63,143 nt of DNA from Nitrospina sp. (GTDB lineage: Bacteria > Nitrospinota > Nitrospinia > Nitrospinales > VA-1), in the NCBI GenBank assembly GCA_018702695.1, contig JABIYR010000101.1, positions 1 through 63,143 of the forward strand. The letters run 5' to 3'. Position numbers and translations under genes: made by a program. This document shows, in pieces, positions 20,971-29,206 of the stretch. Positions within the stretch are counted from its first letter, which is position 1; each line of letters opens with the position of its first letter. The notes below the pieces were generated by a model. That model was not told the origin of the DNA, did not search any database, and saw only the letters and a program-made list of their open reading frames with translations.

Positions 20971-21755
20971 GTTTTCTAAATTTGGAAGATAAGAATTTCC
21001 TCGTGACGGGGGTCGCCAATAAAAAAAGCATCGCGTGGCATATCGCAAAAACATTGGAAGAAGAAGGGGCGCATGTCATTTACAGTGTTCGTTCTGAAGA
21101 CCGCAAAAAATCGTTAGAAAAACTTTTAGCGGGTAAAACCGTGTTGGTCTGTGACGTGGAAAAGCAGGAAGACATAGAAAGTTTAAAAACCGAGGTGGCA
21201 CAACATTGTGAGGTATTGCATGGAATGATTCATTCCATCGCTTTCGCAAACTATTCCGAAGGTTGGAAACCCTTTCACGAAACACTGAAAAAAGATTTCC
21301 TCCAATCTCTAGATATCAGTTGTTATTCGCTGATCAACCTTGCCAATGCTTTTAAAGAAATATTAGATCGACAGGCATCCATCGTTACAGTGTCCATCTC
21401 AACCACTCGCATGGCGGCGGAGAATTATGGTTATATGGCACCCATGAAAGCGGCGCTGGACTCGACACTCTGTTTTCTGGCCAAATCGTTCAGCGCATTT
21501 TCGCAAATCCGCTTCAACTCTATCAATCCGGGTCTGCTTAAAACATCTGCTTCAGCAGGCATCCCGGGCTATATCGATTCCTATTTGCATGCTGAAAAAG
21601 CCACGCTCAGAAAAAAAGGCCTGACTACTCAAGAAGCGGCTAATGCGGCTATATTCTTACTGAGCGAACGGGCCAGCGGTATCAATGCCCAAAGCCTCGT
21701 TCTCGATGCCGGAATGTCGATTAATTATTTTGATCAGGCACTGATCAAAGGGTAA
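20967..21755 (+). CDS. fabI: enoyl-ACP reductase, FabI type
   Basis: [18 protein letters not shown] and a Y-x6-K arrangement in [12 protein letters not shown]. There is a 4-nt overlap with the dehydratase gene. Confidence 0.85.
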   Translation: MSFLNLEDKNFLVTGVANKKSIAWHIAKTLEEEGAHVIYSVRSEDRKKSLEKLLAGKTVLVCDVEKQEDIESLKTEVAQHCEVLHGMIHSIAFANYSEGWKPFHETLKKDFLQSLDISCYSLINLANAFKEILDRQASIVTVSISTTRMAAENYGYMAPMKAALDSTLCFLAKSFSAFSQIRFNSINPGLLKTSASAGIPGYIDSYLHAEKATLRKKGLTTQEAANAAIFLLSERASGINAQSLVLDAGMSINYFDQALIKG

Positions 21756-21806
21756 GCAAAATACTGAAAATTCGGTATCCAATTAGAATAGATTGCATAG
21801 GTTGCG

Positions 21807-23102
21807 TTATAGGCTAAATTTATTTTTAAGAAGCGTAGCGCAGGCATGGTGGTTGTTGGCCCGAAGATCTCCCATTAATTCAGATAGGCTTTTGCGGGTG
21901 GTTGTTTCTTGAATATCCATGTTATAGGTTTTAACGATTTCGTCAATGCTTCCGATATAATATGAGATCAGTTTGTTGTCTCCGCGTTGAATAAATTCAA
22001 GGGTTTTGTTTTGTGCCAAAAGAAGACCCTTTCCCTGACTGATTTTCTTGACGGGTCGAATAACTTTTGCGATGGGGGTAGGTTTAATATCATCTCCCTT
22101 CATTGCAATAGACTGTTTTCGCTCGGTTTGTTCTACTAAAGTCAACTCTTTGGCTTTTTTTAGCGGAGCCAGGGCTTTTTGATAACATTCAATGGCTTTT
22201 TGCTTTTCATGAAGAACAAGATAAATATCGCCCATCTGTGTAAGAAGCAGCCCTTCATATTTTGTATCGCGGTATTGCTCTGCCAACTCGAGGCCCTCAC
22301 CAACCCGTTTTAAAGCTTGCTCGGGTTCTTCTGACAACACATAAATTTCTCCAAGTTGCAAAATAATTTCTAGTTCATCACTTCTGTTATTCAACCCACG
22401 AGCAAGCGTGAGGCTGGCCTCCAAATATTTTTCGGAACGAGATAAATTTTTGAGTCGTCCCTGGCAATACCCAATATGTTTTAGTAGCGTGGCAATACAG
22501 AGCCCATTATTGGCATCTTTGGCTTTTCTTACTCCTTCTTTCATTTTAGGGACGGCTTTATCGAACTCGCCAGTTTGTTCATAAGCCAAACCCAATCTCA
22601 TTAAGCTGATATCCTCATCCACCTCGAATTGATGCTTTAGGCACAGTTCCTTTTTTTGTAACAATATATCTATGGCGTCCTCATTTTTATTCTGAGCGAG
22701 ATTCAGATTGGCTATTTCATTATAAATTTTAGCCTGGGTGGGGTAATCTTCTAGAGTGGCAGTCAATTGATTTGCTCTCTCCAAGTATTCCTTTGCGGCG
22801 ATATATTTCTTTTTAGTAACGTTAAATGCACCCAGATTTAGAAGGTGCGTGGCTTCGCTAGTTTTCATCTGCAATCGCTGAGAAACTTTAAGTCCGGTTT
22901 CCATGAATTTTAACCAGTCTCTGGGGAAATAGCGATGTGGAAACAAATTAACCCCGGAAAGAATATAGGAATTAAATATCTCGGCTGCCTTTTTTCCTTC
23001 CACGCTATTTTTATGCATGCGATTAAAACCAGCATTAATATTAGGCCATTCTCGATGAAATACCTGATATCCTAGCCGGGCTTTTTCACCCCCCTTTATC
23101 AC
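21807..23102 (-). CDS. TPR-repeat protein, partner of the upstream NB-ARC NTPase
   Basis: About 6-8 TPR-like units (for example AKIYNEIANLNLAQNKNEDAIDIL, LMRLGLAYEQTGEFDKAV and LLTQMGDIYLVLHEKQKAIECYQKAL) plus a non-TPR tail of about 100 aa. The GTG start overlaps the NB-ARC stop (GTGA). Confidence 0.8.
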   Translation of the reverse strand: MIKGGEKARLGYQVFHREWPNINAGFNRMHKNSVEGKKAAEIFNSYILSGVNLFPHRYFPRDWLKFMETGLKVSQRLQMKTSEATHLLNLGAFNVTKKKYIAAKEYLERANQLTATLEDYPTQAKIYNEIANLNLAQNKNEDAIDILLQKKELCLKHQFEVDEDISLMRLGLAYEQTGEFDKAVPKMKEGVRKAKDANNGLCIATLLKHIGYCQGRLKNLSRSEKYLEASLTLARGLNNRSDELEIILQLGEIYVLSEEPEQALKRVGEGLELAEQYRDTKYEGLLLTQMGDIYLVLHEKQKAIECYQKALAPLKKAKELTLVEQTERKQSIAMKGDDIKPTPIAKVIRPVKKISQGKGLLLAQNKTLEFIQRGDNKLISYYIGSIDEIVKTYNMDIQETTTRKSLSELMGDLRANNHHACATLLKNKFSL

Positions 23103-24331
23103 ATTTTCATGCGCCGATTTTGAATGGGCAAATAATAATTTGCATGCCGCAGCCGGGCTTCTCTCGCAAGGGTATCTGGGAGATAATTTTTGAGTTGGTT
23201 TTTTATCCAGGGATCAAGCGTATAGCGTTTGGAGACAGAGTTAATTATAACAAGCCCAAATTGAGCCAGGGATTTGAGGCAATTGCCATTTTCCTCACAG
23301 ACATAAGCCGAAGCCTTTGCATCAAAAGATGAGGGGAACACCTCCAGTTGATTAAAAACCAGCTTTTCTTTATCGCCTAAGGAATTATAAATCGCCTTGA
23401 AGGCGGCTGTTAAAGATTCTTCGTGCATATCATTTTCTTCTAGTAACGAATTTTTCTGATATTTCCGAAACAGTTGGATAAAGTCCTCAGGATGAACTTT
23501 CATGTTAGAAGAAAGAAAATTTCCAACCATCTGTATGGTTAAAGGGAGACTGCGACATAGTTTGGCGATTTCTCTGGCCCGAGGTTTTAATCTGAGAGAA
23601 CAATCAATCAAAAATTCCTGCGCTGGTTCGATTTCTAAAGGTTCCATATTAAAGGAAACCGCATTCGTTAAGCGAAGTGTTTTTAACCCAGTCACAATGA
23701 CCAGCCAAGACCCAGAAGGTTTCATATCTTTAACCTGCTTGGCTGAAGCAATATTATCCAGAATAAAAATGCCTTGTCGTGAGGCCATCATGTTCTGGTA
23801 AAGTTTTTTAAGTTGCGTCAGGTTATCTGGAATGCGTGTTGTGGGTCGAAAAGATAAGACAACCTGAATCATAGCATCCCTGATAGACAGGGCACCTTCT
23901 GTCTCCCCGCCAAGATCCAGGTAGAGTTTAATGTTTTGGTGGTTGTATTGATGCCTTTTGGCTATATTTAGTGCTAATGCGGTTTTTCCTATGCCTGACC
24001 TGCCACACAATTCAATGACCGACTTCTCTTTGTTAATGACATTAAAAATCTGCATGAGAAGATCTTCCTGGCCAAATAAAACCTTTGAATGAGAAGACTC
24101 TGGCAGTGAGCAGAGTTTCTCTTTCAGTTCAGTTTTTGCTTTTTCCAAATTCAGGGTCCACTGAACGAGGTTATCGGGAGAAGTCTCACTGATATTGCTG
24201 GCTGCAGGTTTATTTTCTCTTACAGGTTGAATCTCCTCCCCACTGCTCGGAATCTTATTTTTACCTCGCATCAGTTTAGATACTAAAAAAATGACCAACC
24301 CGAGCACAAAAGTGAACACTCCATAGGTCAT
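23099..24331 (-). CDS. membrane-anchored NB-ARC (STAND) P-loop NTPase
   Basis: N-terminal TM helix (GVFTFVLGLVIFLVSKLM), Walker A GRSGIGKTALAL, Walker B GIFILDN, LVIVTG, a GxP-type motif CRSLPLTIQMVG and a winged-helix-like LVFNQLEVFPSSF. Confidence 0.8.
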   Translation of the reverse strand: MTYGVFTFVLGLVIFLVSKLMRGKNKIPSSGEEIQPVRENKPAASNISETSPDNLVQWTLNLEKAKTELKEKLCSLPESSHSKVLFGQEDLLMQIFNVINKEKSVIELCGRSGIGKTALALNIAKRHQYNHQNIKLYLDLGGETEGALSIRDAMIQVVLSFRPTTRIPDNLTQLKKLYQNMMASRQGIFILDNIASAKQVKDMKPSGSWLVIVTGLKTLRLTNAVSFNMEPLEIEPAQEFLIDCSLRLKPRAREIAKLCRSLPLTIQMVGNFLSSNMKVHPEDFIQLFRKYQKNSLLEENDMHEESLTAAFKAIYNSLGDKEKLVFNQLEVFPSSFDAKASAYVCEENGNCLKSLAQFGLVIINSVSKRYTLDPWIKNQLKNYLPDTLAREARLRHANYYLPIQNRRMKM

Positions 24332-24400
24332 AATGAAATACCCCGATTTAACAAAACGTTTACACGCATAGAAATGGAAATCGCAGAAATTAACAAAACT

Positions 24401-24670
24401 CTAATAAATAGAGGGATTTGACTGGAATAGTTTTGTGTAGATGTCAGAAAGTTCATGATAAATCAAGTCTAAGGTGAAAAAATTTGCATCTATGTCCTTA
24501 GAAATAGCAATCATTATGCCAAAATCAACTGTATTTAATACTTGGAGGTTAAAGAGGTCTGTGTTGTTTGAAAGTTTCAGCGGTTGAAATTCAGGTTCAT
24601 TCAAGAAACAAGAAGGACAAAGGTGAATATCGCGGGAGCTGGCTTGAATGGATATTCGGTGCAGGCTCAC
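24401..24670 (-). CDS. hypothetical small protein (89 aa), coding status uncertain
   Basis: This is the only ORF filling the 364-nt gap between the trihaem cytochrome and the NB-ARC gene, on the same strand. It has no recognisable motif and is AT-rich. Confidence 0.25.
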   Translation of the reverse strand: MSLHRISIQASSRDIHLCPSCFLNEPEFQPLKLSNNTDLFNLQVLNTVDFGIMIAISKDIDANFFTLDLIYHELSDIYTKLFQSNPSIY

Positions 24671-24695
24671 CGAGGTGTGCCTGCACCTACATATA

Positions 24696-25541
24696 TTATT
24701 CTTTTTCCCAGGTTTCCTGAATAAAAGAAGCGGTTCGATGAGTCAGGTGGCAATGTTTGCACCCTGTTTTCCCGAGCAATCCAACATTTTTCCAGAACTG
24801 TCCTGGGTTGGGTTTTTCGGCGTTGAGCTCTTTTGCTAGGTTGTCAAAAGCGGACTCCGCAATTTTACCAACATAGAACAGTTTGACATCATCCGTGGTG
24901 TGGCATTTAGAGCAGGTTGACTTCATTTCCATAAAGCGAGATTTAAAAATTTTTAAAGCCTTGGCGGAACGGCCATATTGTCCCTCGCCAAAATTTACTG
25001 TCACCCCCTTGAAGGAAGACGAAATTGTACTCATATAATCATCGAAGCCCATTTCTTTTTCGGTGATGGGGTCGGTGACTTTAATTTTATGGAATCGGGG
25101 CCAATGGAATTGAGCCCATACAGAAACTTCTTGTTCGGCGTGGCATTTGCCGCAAGTTTTACCCAACCCTCCTGAGGCTTTTCCTGCTTTGGCGATATCA
25201 TGTGTTTTAGCGGCCTGAGTGAAAGCTTCTGCGGCTTTAATATCGAAATAGTCCTTCCATTCCGGAACCATTTTAGAAGTTTTTTTATATTCCTCTAACA
25301 GCTGGTCAGCATGTTTGTCGACGTTGGCAAAATCTTTTTCTTTTAGATTGATAAACACTCCACCAAAATGTGTGCTCAATTTGTGCATCTGTTGAATCCA
25401 TTTCGGTTCTTTACTTTCAGGGGGATAGAATTGCGATAAAGATTTGGGCGGCTCTTTCACAACCATATCTTTCGCGTGGGTTGGCAGTACCACTGCGAAG
25501 GTGAAAATAATAAAACATGAAAGAATTCTGAAAAATTTCAT
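24696..25541 (-). CDS. periplasmic trihaem c-type cytochrome with class-II-like helical modules
   Basis: Three CxxCH motifs (CGKCH, CSKCH, CKHCH) and a signal peptide MKFFRILSCFIIFTFAVVLPTHA. The ATG at 25541 lies 6 nt after AAGGAG, and the upstream part of ORF 24696..25604 is probably not translated. Confidence 0.8.
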   Translation of the reverse strand: MKFFRILSCFIIFTFAVVLPTHAKDMVVKEPPKSLSQFYPPESKEPKWIQQMHKLSTHFGGVFINLKEKDFANVDKHADQLLEEYKKTSKMVPEWKDYFDIKAAEAFTQAAKTHDIAKAGKASGGLGKTCGKCHAEQEVSVWAQFHWPRFHKIKVTDPITEKEMGFDDYMSTISSSFKGVTVNFGEGQYGRSAKALKIFKSRFMEMKSTCSKCHTTDDVKLFYVGKIAESAFDNLAKELNAEKPNPGQFWKNVGLLGKTGCKHCHLTHRTASFIQETWEKE

Positions 25542-25616
25542 GAGCATCTCCTTGTAGAAAATTAAAAGAAATCGATTTGAAAGTATCACGAAACGCACTG
25601 ACAAAAATGACTTTGA

Positions 25617-26603
25617 TCAGGGCCGTATGAGTTTTTCCCAGATTGTTTGTTTTTCTTTGGACCAAGCCGGTTGATATTTTAAAATAACGTTCGCATGATC
25701 TACGGGATCAAAAAGGCGGTAACGAAAATTCACCGCTTTATTGAAAGCCAAAGCGGTTTCCTGCTGAGGTGCTAAAATTTCTTTAGCTTGGTCTACTTGT
25801 TCGCCAGCCGCATTGAAAAAGGTGATATAGAGATAAAGCCGGGGGTCGCCATTGTCAGCAGTCGGTACTGCGTGTGGAACTGTTTTGTTGAGTAGCCTGA
25901 GAGTGAAATAATTATTTCTAAATTCGGCTTCCATGAGTATATTTTTTTCCGTTAAATCACCATGCAAAAATTTATGGTTGCCGACCCATTTTTTCTTGTG
26001 TAACAAGCTGAATGGAAATTTTTGCGTCAGTCGACTTTTGATGCGAGGCATGTGACAGTCCTGACACGTATCGTCTATCCCAGTATTTTTCCATTCTTTA
26101 AAAGTCTTCTGGTGACAAGAACCACAAAACTCAGATCGAACAAATTCCGGGTTGCGGAAAGTGGGGTGCGCCGGCGCAACCAGATCGTAAGGCCCGTTCA
26201 TTTTATTGTCACGGAAGTGACAGGAAACACAATAAATTCCTTCATCACGCCGATCTAATCTGGGGCTAGGTTTTTCTCCCGTGACGGATTCGGGTATATG
26301 ACAGGCTAGGCATTTTTCTTTGGTGCGGTTTTCGGAAGCTTCAATAAAAGTTTTGCTGGTCCAAGAAATGGCGTGTCGGCTGGCTTTCCAAGAATCGTAT
26401 ATAGCTTGATGGCAGTCGGAACAACGTTTTGCATCGGGCCGCTTTAAAAGATCAGGTTCTCGTGCCAGCTCAAGAACCGTTTGAGGAATCCACTCAAATT
26501 TTTCGTTGATAAAAAAATAGGCGGTAGCAATTCCGGCAACTGCGAAACATGCCAGCGCGGTAAATAGATTTAAGAGTCGAGTTGATAATTTCAATGCTTT
26601 CAC
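25617..26603 (-). CDS. membrane-anchored pentahaem c-type cytochrome
   Basis: Five CxxCH motifs (CSDCH, CLACH, CVSCH, CGSCH, CQDCH) and an N-terminal TM anchor LFTALACFAVAGIATAYFF. The first haem context, CSDCHQAIYDSWKASRHA, is typical of multihaem families. GTG start. Confidence 0.85.
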   Translation of the reverse strand: MKALKLSTRLLNLFTALACFAVAGIATAYFFINEKFEWIPQTVLELAREPDLLKRPDAKRCSDCHQAIYDSWKASRHAISWTSKTFIEASENRTKEKCLACHIPESVTGEKPSPRLDRRDEGIYCVSCHFRDNKMNGPYDLVAPAHPTFRNPEFVRSEFCGSCHQKTFKEWKNTGIDDTCQDCHMPRIKSRLTQKFPFSLLHKKKWVGNHKFLHGDLTEKNILMEAEFRNNYFTLRLLNKTVPHAVPTADNGDPRLYLYITFFNAAGEQVDQAKEILAPQQETALAFNKAVNFRYRLFDPVDHANVILKYQPAWSKEKQTIWEKLIRP

Positions 26604-26708
26604 CAGAGGAGTGAAGGAAGAGAATCAGACTGGGGGAAGTTCGCTGAGCTGAGATAATTTATATCAACCATAAATAGCGATGTCTTTTGGGTCGCAAGGT
26701 TTTCGCTG

Positions 26709-27734
26709 TTAGAATTGTTTGAGGAAACGCAGGTCGTTTTCAAAAAACAGACGAATGTCGTTGATACCATATTTCAACATGGAGATGCGTTCGATGCCAA
26801 GCCCGAAAGCAAATCCAGTCCATTTTTCTGCGTCATAATCAACGCAATTGAAAACAGCAGGGTCCACCATACCCGCACCGAGAATTTCGACCCATCCTGT
26901 TTGCGAGCAAACCCGGCATCCACTGCCACTGCAAATAACGCATTGAATATCTACTTCTGCACTGGGGCAGGTGAAAGGAAAGAAACTAGGGCGAAAACGC
27001 ACTTTAGTCTTTTTGCCAAATACCTCTTGCAGAAAGATGTTCATGATTCCCTTGAGATGGCTGAAAGAAAGATTTTCCTCGACCATGAGCCCTTCAATTT
27101 GATGGAACATGGGAGTATGAGAAACATCGGAATCGCAACGATAGACCTTTCCCGGTGCGATGATGCGTAGAGGCGGTTCGCGGTTTTCCATGACATGAAT
27201 CTGCACCGGGGAAGTATGGGTCCGCAGGACGGCATCTCCCTCGACATAAAAAGTGTCTTGCATATCGCGTGCAGGGTGATCTTTAGGAATATTTAAAGCT
27301 TCAAAATTATAATAGTCGGTCTCAATTTCAGGGCCTTCTTCAACCTGAAAACCTAAGCCTAGAAAAATGGTTTTGATTTCTTCCATCACCTGCGTGATAG
27401 GGTGAAGCGTTCCCGTTGTTTCCCTTCTTCCTGGTAACGTGGTATCGAAGGTTTCATTTTTAGATGCGGGTTGTTTGGCGGTTTTGCCCAGCTCGTCCTC
27501 TTTAACTTTGAGCAAATTATCAACATATTGCTTGAAGTCATTAATGAGTTTTCCCTGTTCGCGTTTTTCTTCAGGGGTGGCTTGACGCAGTTCTTTCATG
27601 AGAGCCTGAATACAGCCCTTTTTGCCGAGAAAATCGATGCGAATTTGCTTAAGAGGTTCTGAGGTGGAAATAGAATGGATGCGTGAGTCGAAGTCTTGCT
27701 GATGCTTTTCTATGGTTGCGATCATTTTCAACAT
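26709..27734 (-). CDS. pheS: phenylalanine--tRNA ligase alpha subunit
   Basis: HPITQVMEEI, KDHPARDMQDTFY, the class II core FRPSFFPFTCPSAEVD and the GFAFGLGIERISMLKYGI tail. Confidence 0.96.
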   Translation of the reverse strand: MLKMIATIEKHQQDFDSRIHSISTSEPLKQIRIDFLGKKGCIQALMKELRQATPEEKREQGKLINDFKQYVDNLLKVKEDELGKTAKQPASKNETFDTTLPGRRETTGTLHPITQVMEEIKTIFLGLGFQVEEGPEIETDYYNFEALNIPKDHPARDMQDTFYVEGDAVLRTHTSPVQIHVMENREPPLRIIAPGKVYRCDSDVSHTPMFHQIEGLMVEENLSFSHLKGIMNIFLQEVFGKKTKVRFRPSFFPFTCPSAEVDIQCVICSGSGCRVCSQTGWVEILGAGMVDPAVFNCVDYDAEKWTGFAFGLGIERISMLKYGINDIRLFFENDLRFLKQF

Positions 27735-27820
27735 TGGGACGAGCCGCCACTTGGCGTGGGGGCTGTGATGTCCCCTTCGATAATTTTAGGCCCTGAAGGG
27801 GAAGGTTGGTTTCTGAAAAC

Positions 27821-27844
27821 ACCAAGGGGAAAAGTCCCCTTGGT
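27821..27844 (-). terminator. hairpin between rplT and pheS (attenuator/terminator-like)
   Basis: The minus strand reads ACCAAGGGGA-cttt-TCCCCTTGGT followed by GTTTTCAG, starting 10 nt after the rplT stop. Confidence 0.5.
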
Positions 27845-27853
27845 CACAGATCA

Positions 27854-28210
27854 TTAACCCAGTTGGGCGCGTGCGGTTTCGGTCAGAGTCTTGAAGGATT
27901 CCTGATTGTGGATCGCCATATCAGAGAGAACCTTGCGGTCTAGCTCAATATCGGCTTTTTTCAGGCCATACATAAACTGACTGTAGTTCATGCCTTCAGC
28001 TCTCACAGCGGCGTTAATTCTGGCAATCCAGAGCCGACGAAATTCGCGCTTGCGGTTTTTTCGGTCGCGATAGGCGTAGCATAAACCATGCTCAACAGCT
28101 TCACGAGCTTTGCGGAAACAGGTGCTTCTTACACTGCGATAGCCTTTGGCTAACTTTAATATCTTTTTGCGTCGATTGCGGGCAACTGACCCGTTTACTG
28201 CTCGTGGCAT
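27854..28210 (-). CDS. rplT: 50S ribosomal protein L20
   Basis: [24 protein letters not shown] with canonical L20 N-terminus and length (118 aa). Confidence 0.97.
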   Translation of the reverse strand: MPRAVNGSVARNRRKKILKLAKGYRSVRSTCFRKAREAVEHGLCYAYRDRKNRKREFRRLWIARINAAVRAEGMNYSQFMYGLKKADIELDRKVLSDMAIHNQESFKTLTETARAQLG

Positions 28211-28338
28211 TTTAAAATTCTCCTTCTAGCCCACTTAAACTGTGGGAGGCAAATTACGATCTGCTAGATTCGCCTGATTGAAATATTAAAAAAAACACCT
28301 TCTCAGGTGACCTGCTTTACTTCAGGGTCAAAACAAGG

Positions 28339-28530
28339 TTACGGAATTAAAGCCCGCATACGTTTTGCATCACCCGGTGCCATAATGCTGGCCTTGCGCA
28401 GGTTTCGTTTTCTCTTGGTCGATTTCGAGGTCAGAATATGGCTGGTGAAAGCACTGTTCCGACGAATTTTACCGGTACCTGTTCTGCGAAACCTTTTCGC
28501 GGCACCTGAATTTGATTTCATTTTTGGCAT
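28339..28530 (-). CDS. rpmI: 50S ribosomal protein L35
   Basis: [24 protein letters not shown], a canonical L35 of 63 aa. Confidence 0.96.
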   Translation of the reverse strand: MPKMKSNSGAAKRFRRTGTGKIRRNSAFTSHILTSKSTKRKRNLRKASIMAPGDAKRMRALIP

Positions 28531-28549
28531 GGTCTACTCCGTATTCTAT

Positions 28550-29206
28550 TTATACTACCTTAGGTTCCACAGCGGGAACTTCTTGTTTACTCTCGGGAAT
28601 GGCAGGCACCACAGCTGGAACCTCTTTTTTGCTTTCAGGAACGGCCGCCGGTTTAACTACCGGTTGCGCTTTAATCGTTCCCCCTTTTTTGGTTTTAGAG
28701 TTTTTCGGTGCCAGAATCATGACTAACGTGCGTCCTTCTTGTTTCGCCTGTTGTTCAATGACAGCCGTCTCTTCAGTTGCTTCTGCAACGCGCTGTAAAA
28801 CTCTCATTCCAAATTCACGATGAACAATCTCTCGTCCTTTAAAGAAAATCACGACTTTGGCCTTATCGCCATTTTCCAAAAACCGTTGCACATTTCTCAA
28901 TTTGAAATCGAAATCGTGCTGGTCGGTATTAGGTCGAAACTTGACTTCTTTAAGGTGAATGATCTTTTGCTTCTTCTTAGCTTCGTGTGCTTTTTTGCTA
29001 GCCTTATACTTATGTTTGCCGTAATCCATAATTCGGCAAACTGGCGGGTTCGCAGTCGGGGCAACCTCAACAAGGTCAAGACCTTGGTCGCGAGCAACAC
29101 TCAGAGCTTCTTCTGTAAGCAACGTGCCTAATGGTTCCCCATCATCACCAATCACGGATACTTCACGTACCCGAATCATCTTATTTATGCGCTGTTTCTT
29201 ATTAAT
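28550..29206 (-). CDS. infC: translation initiation factor IF-3 (probable ATT start, C-terminal low-complexity extension)
   Basis: The ORF-track ATG at 29179 lies inside the conserved N-terminus. The in-frame upstream codons read I-L-I-N-K-K-Q-R-I-N-K-M-I-R-V-R-E-V, with ATT at 29206 and 29212 and AAGGT 9 nt before 29206. The in-frame stop is at 29225-29227. Confidence 0.9.
   Translation of the reverse strand: MNKKQRINKMIRVREVSVIGDDGEPLGTLLTEEALSVARDQGLDLVEVAPTANPPVCRIMDYGKHKYKASKKAHEAKKKQKIIHLKEVKFRPNTDQHDFDFKLRNVQRFLENGDKAKVVIFFKGREIVHREFGMRVLQRVAEATEETAVIEQQAKQEGRTLVMILAPKNSKTKKGGTIKAQPVVKPAAVPESKKEVPAVVPAIPESKQEVPAVEPKVV

Noticed and set aside
23089-23102. The NB-ARC/TPR split might be a frameshift pseudogene at the G6 tract.
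   Set aside because: The NB-ARC frame ends at a TGA that overlaps a GTG start (GTGA), a standard translational-coupling junction, and the G6 tract lies downstream of that stop rather than upstream. I kept the two genes as intact, but flagged the tract for resequencing.
28550-28700. Tandem units of about 39 nt looked briefly like a repeat array.
   Set aside because: There are only two units, they are in frame within infC, they have no spacers and no cas genes are nearby. This is a coding duplication, not a CRISPR array.
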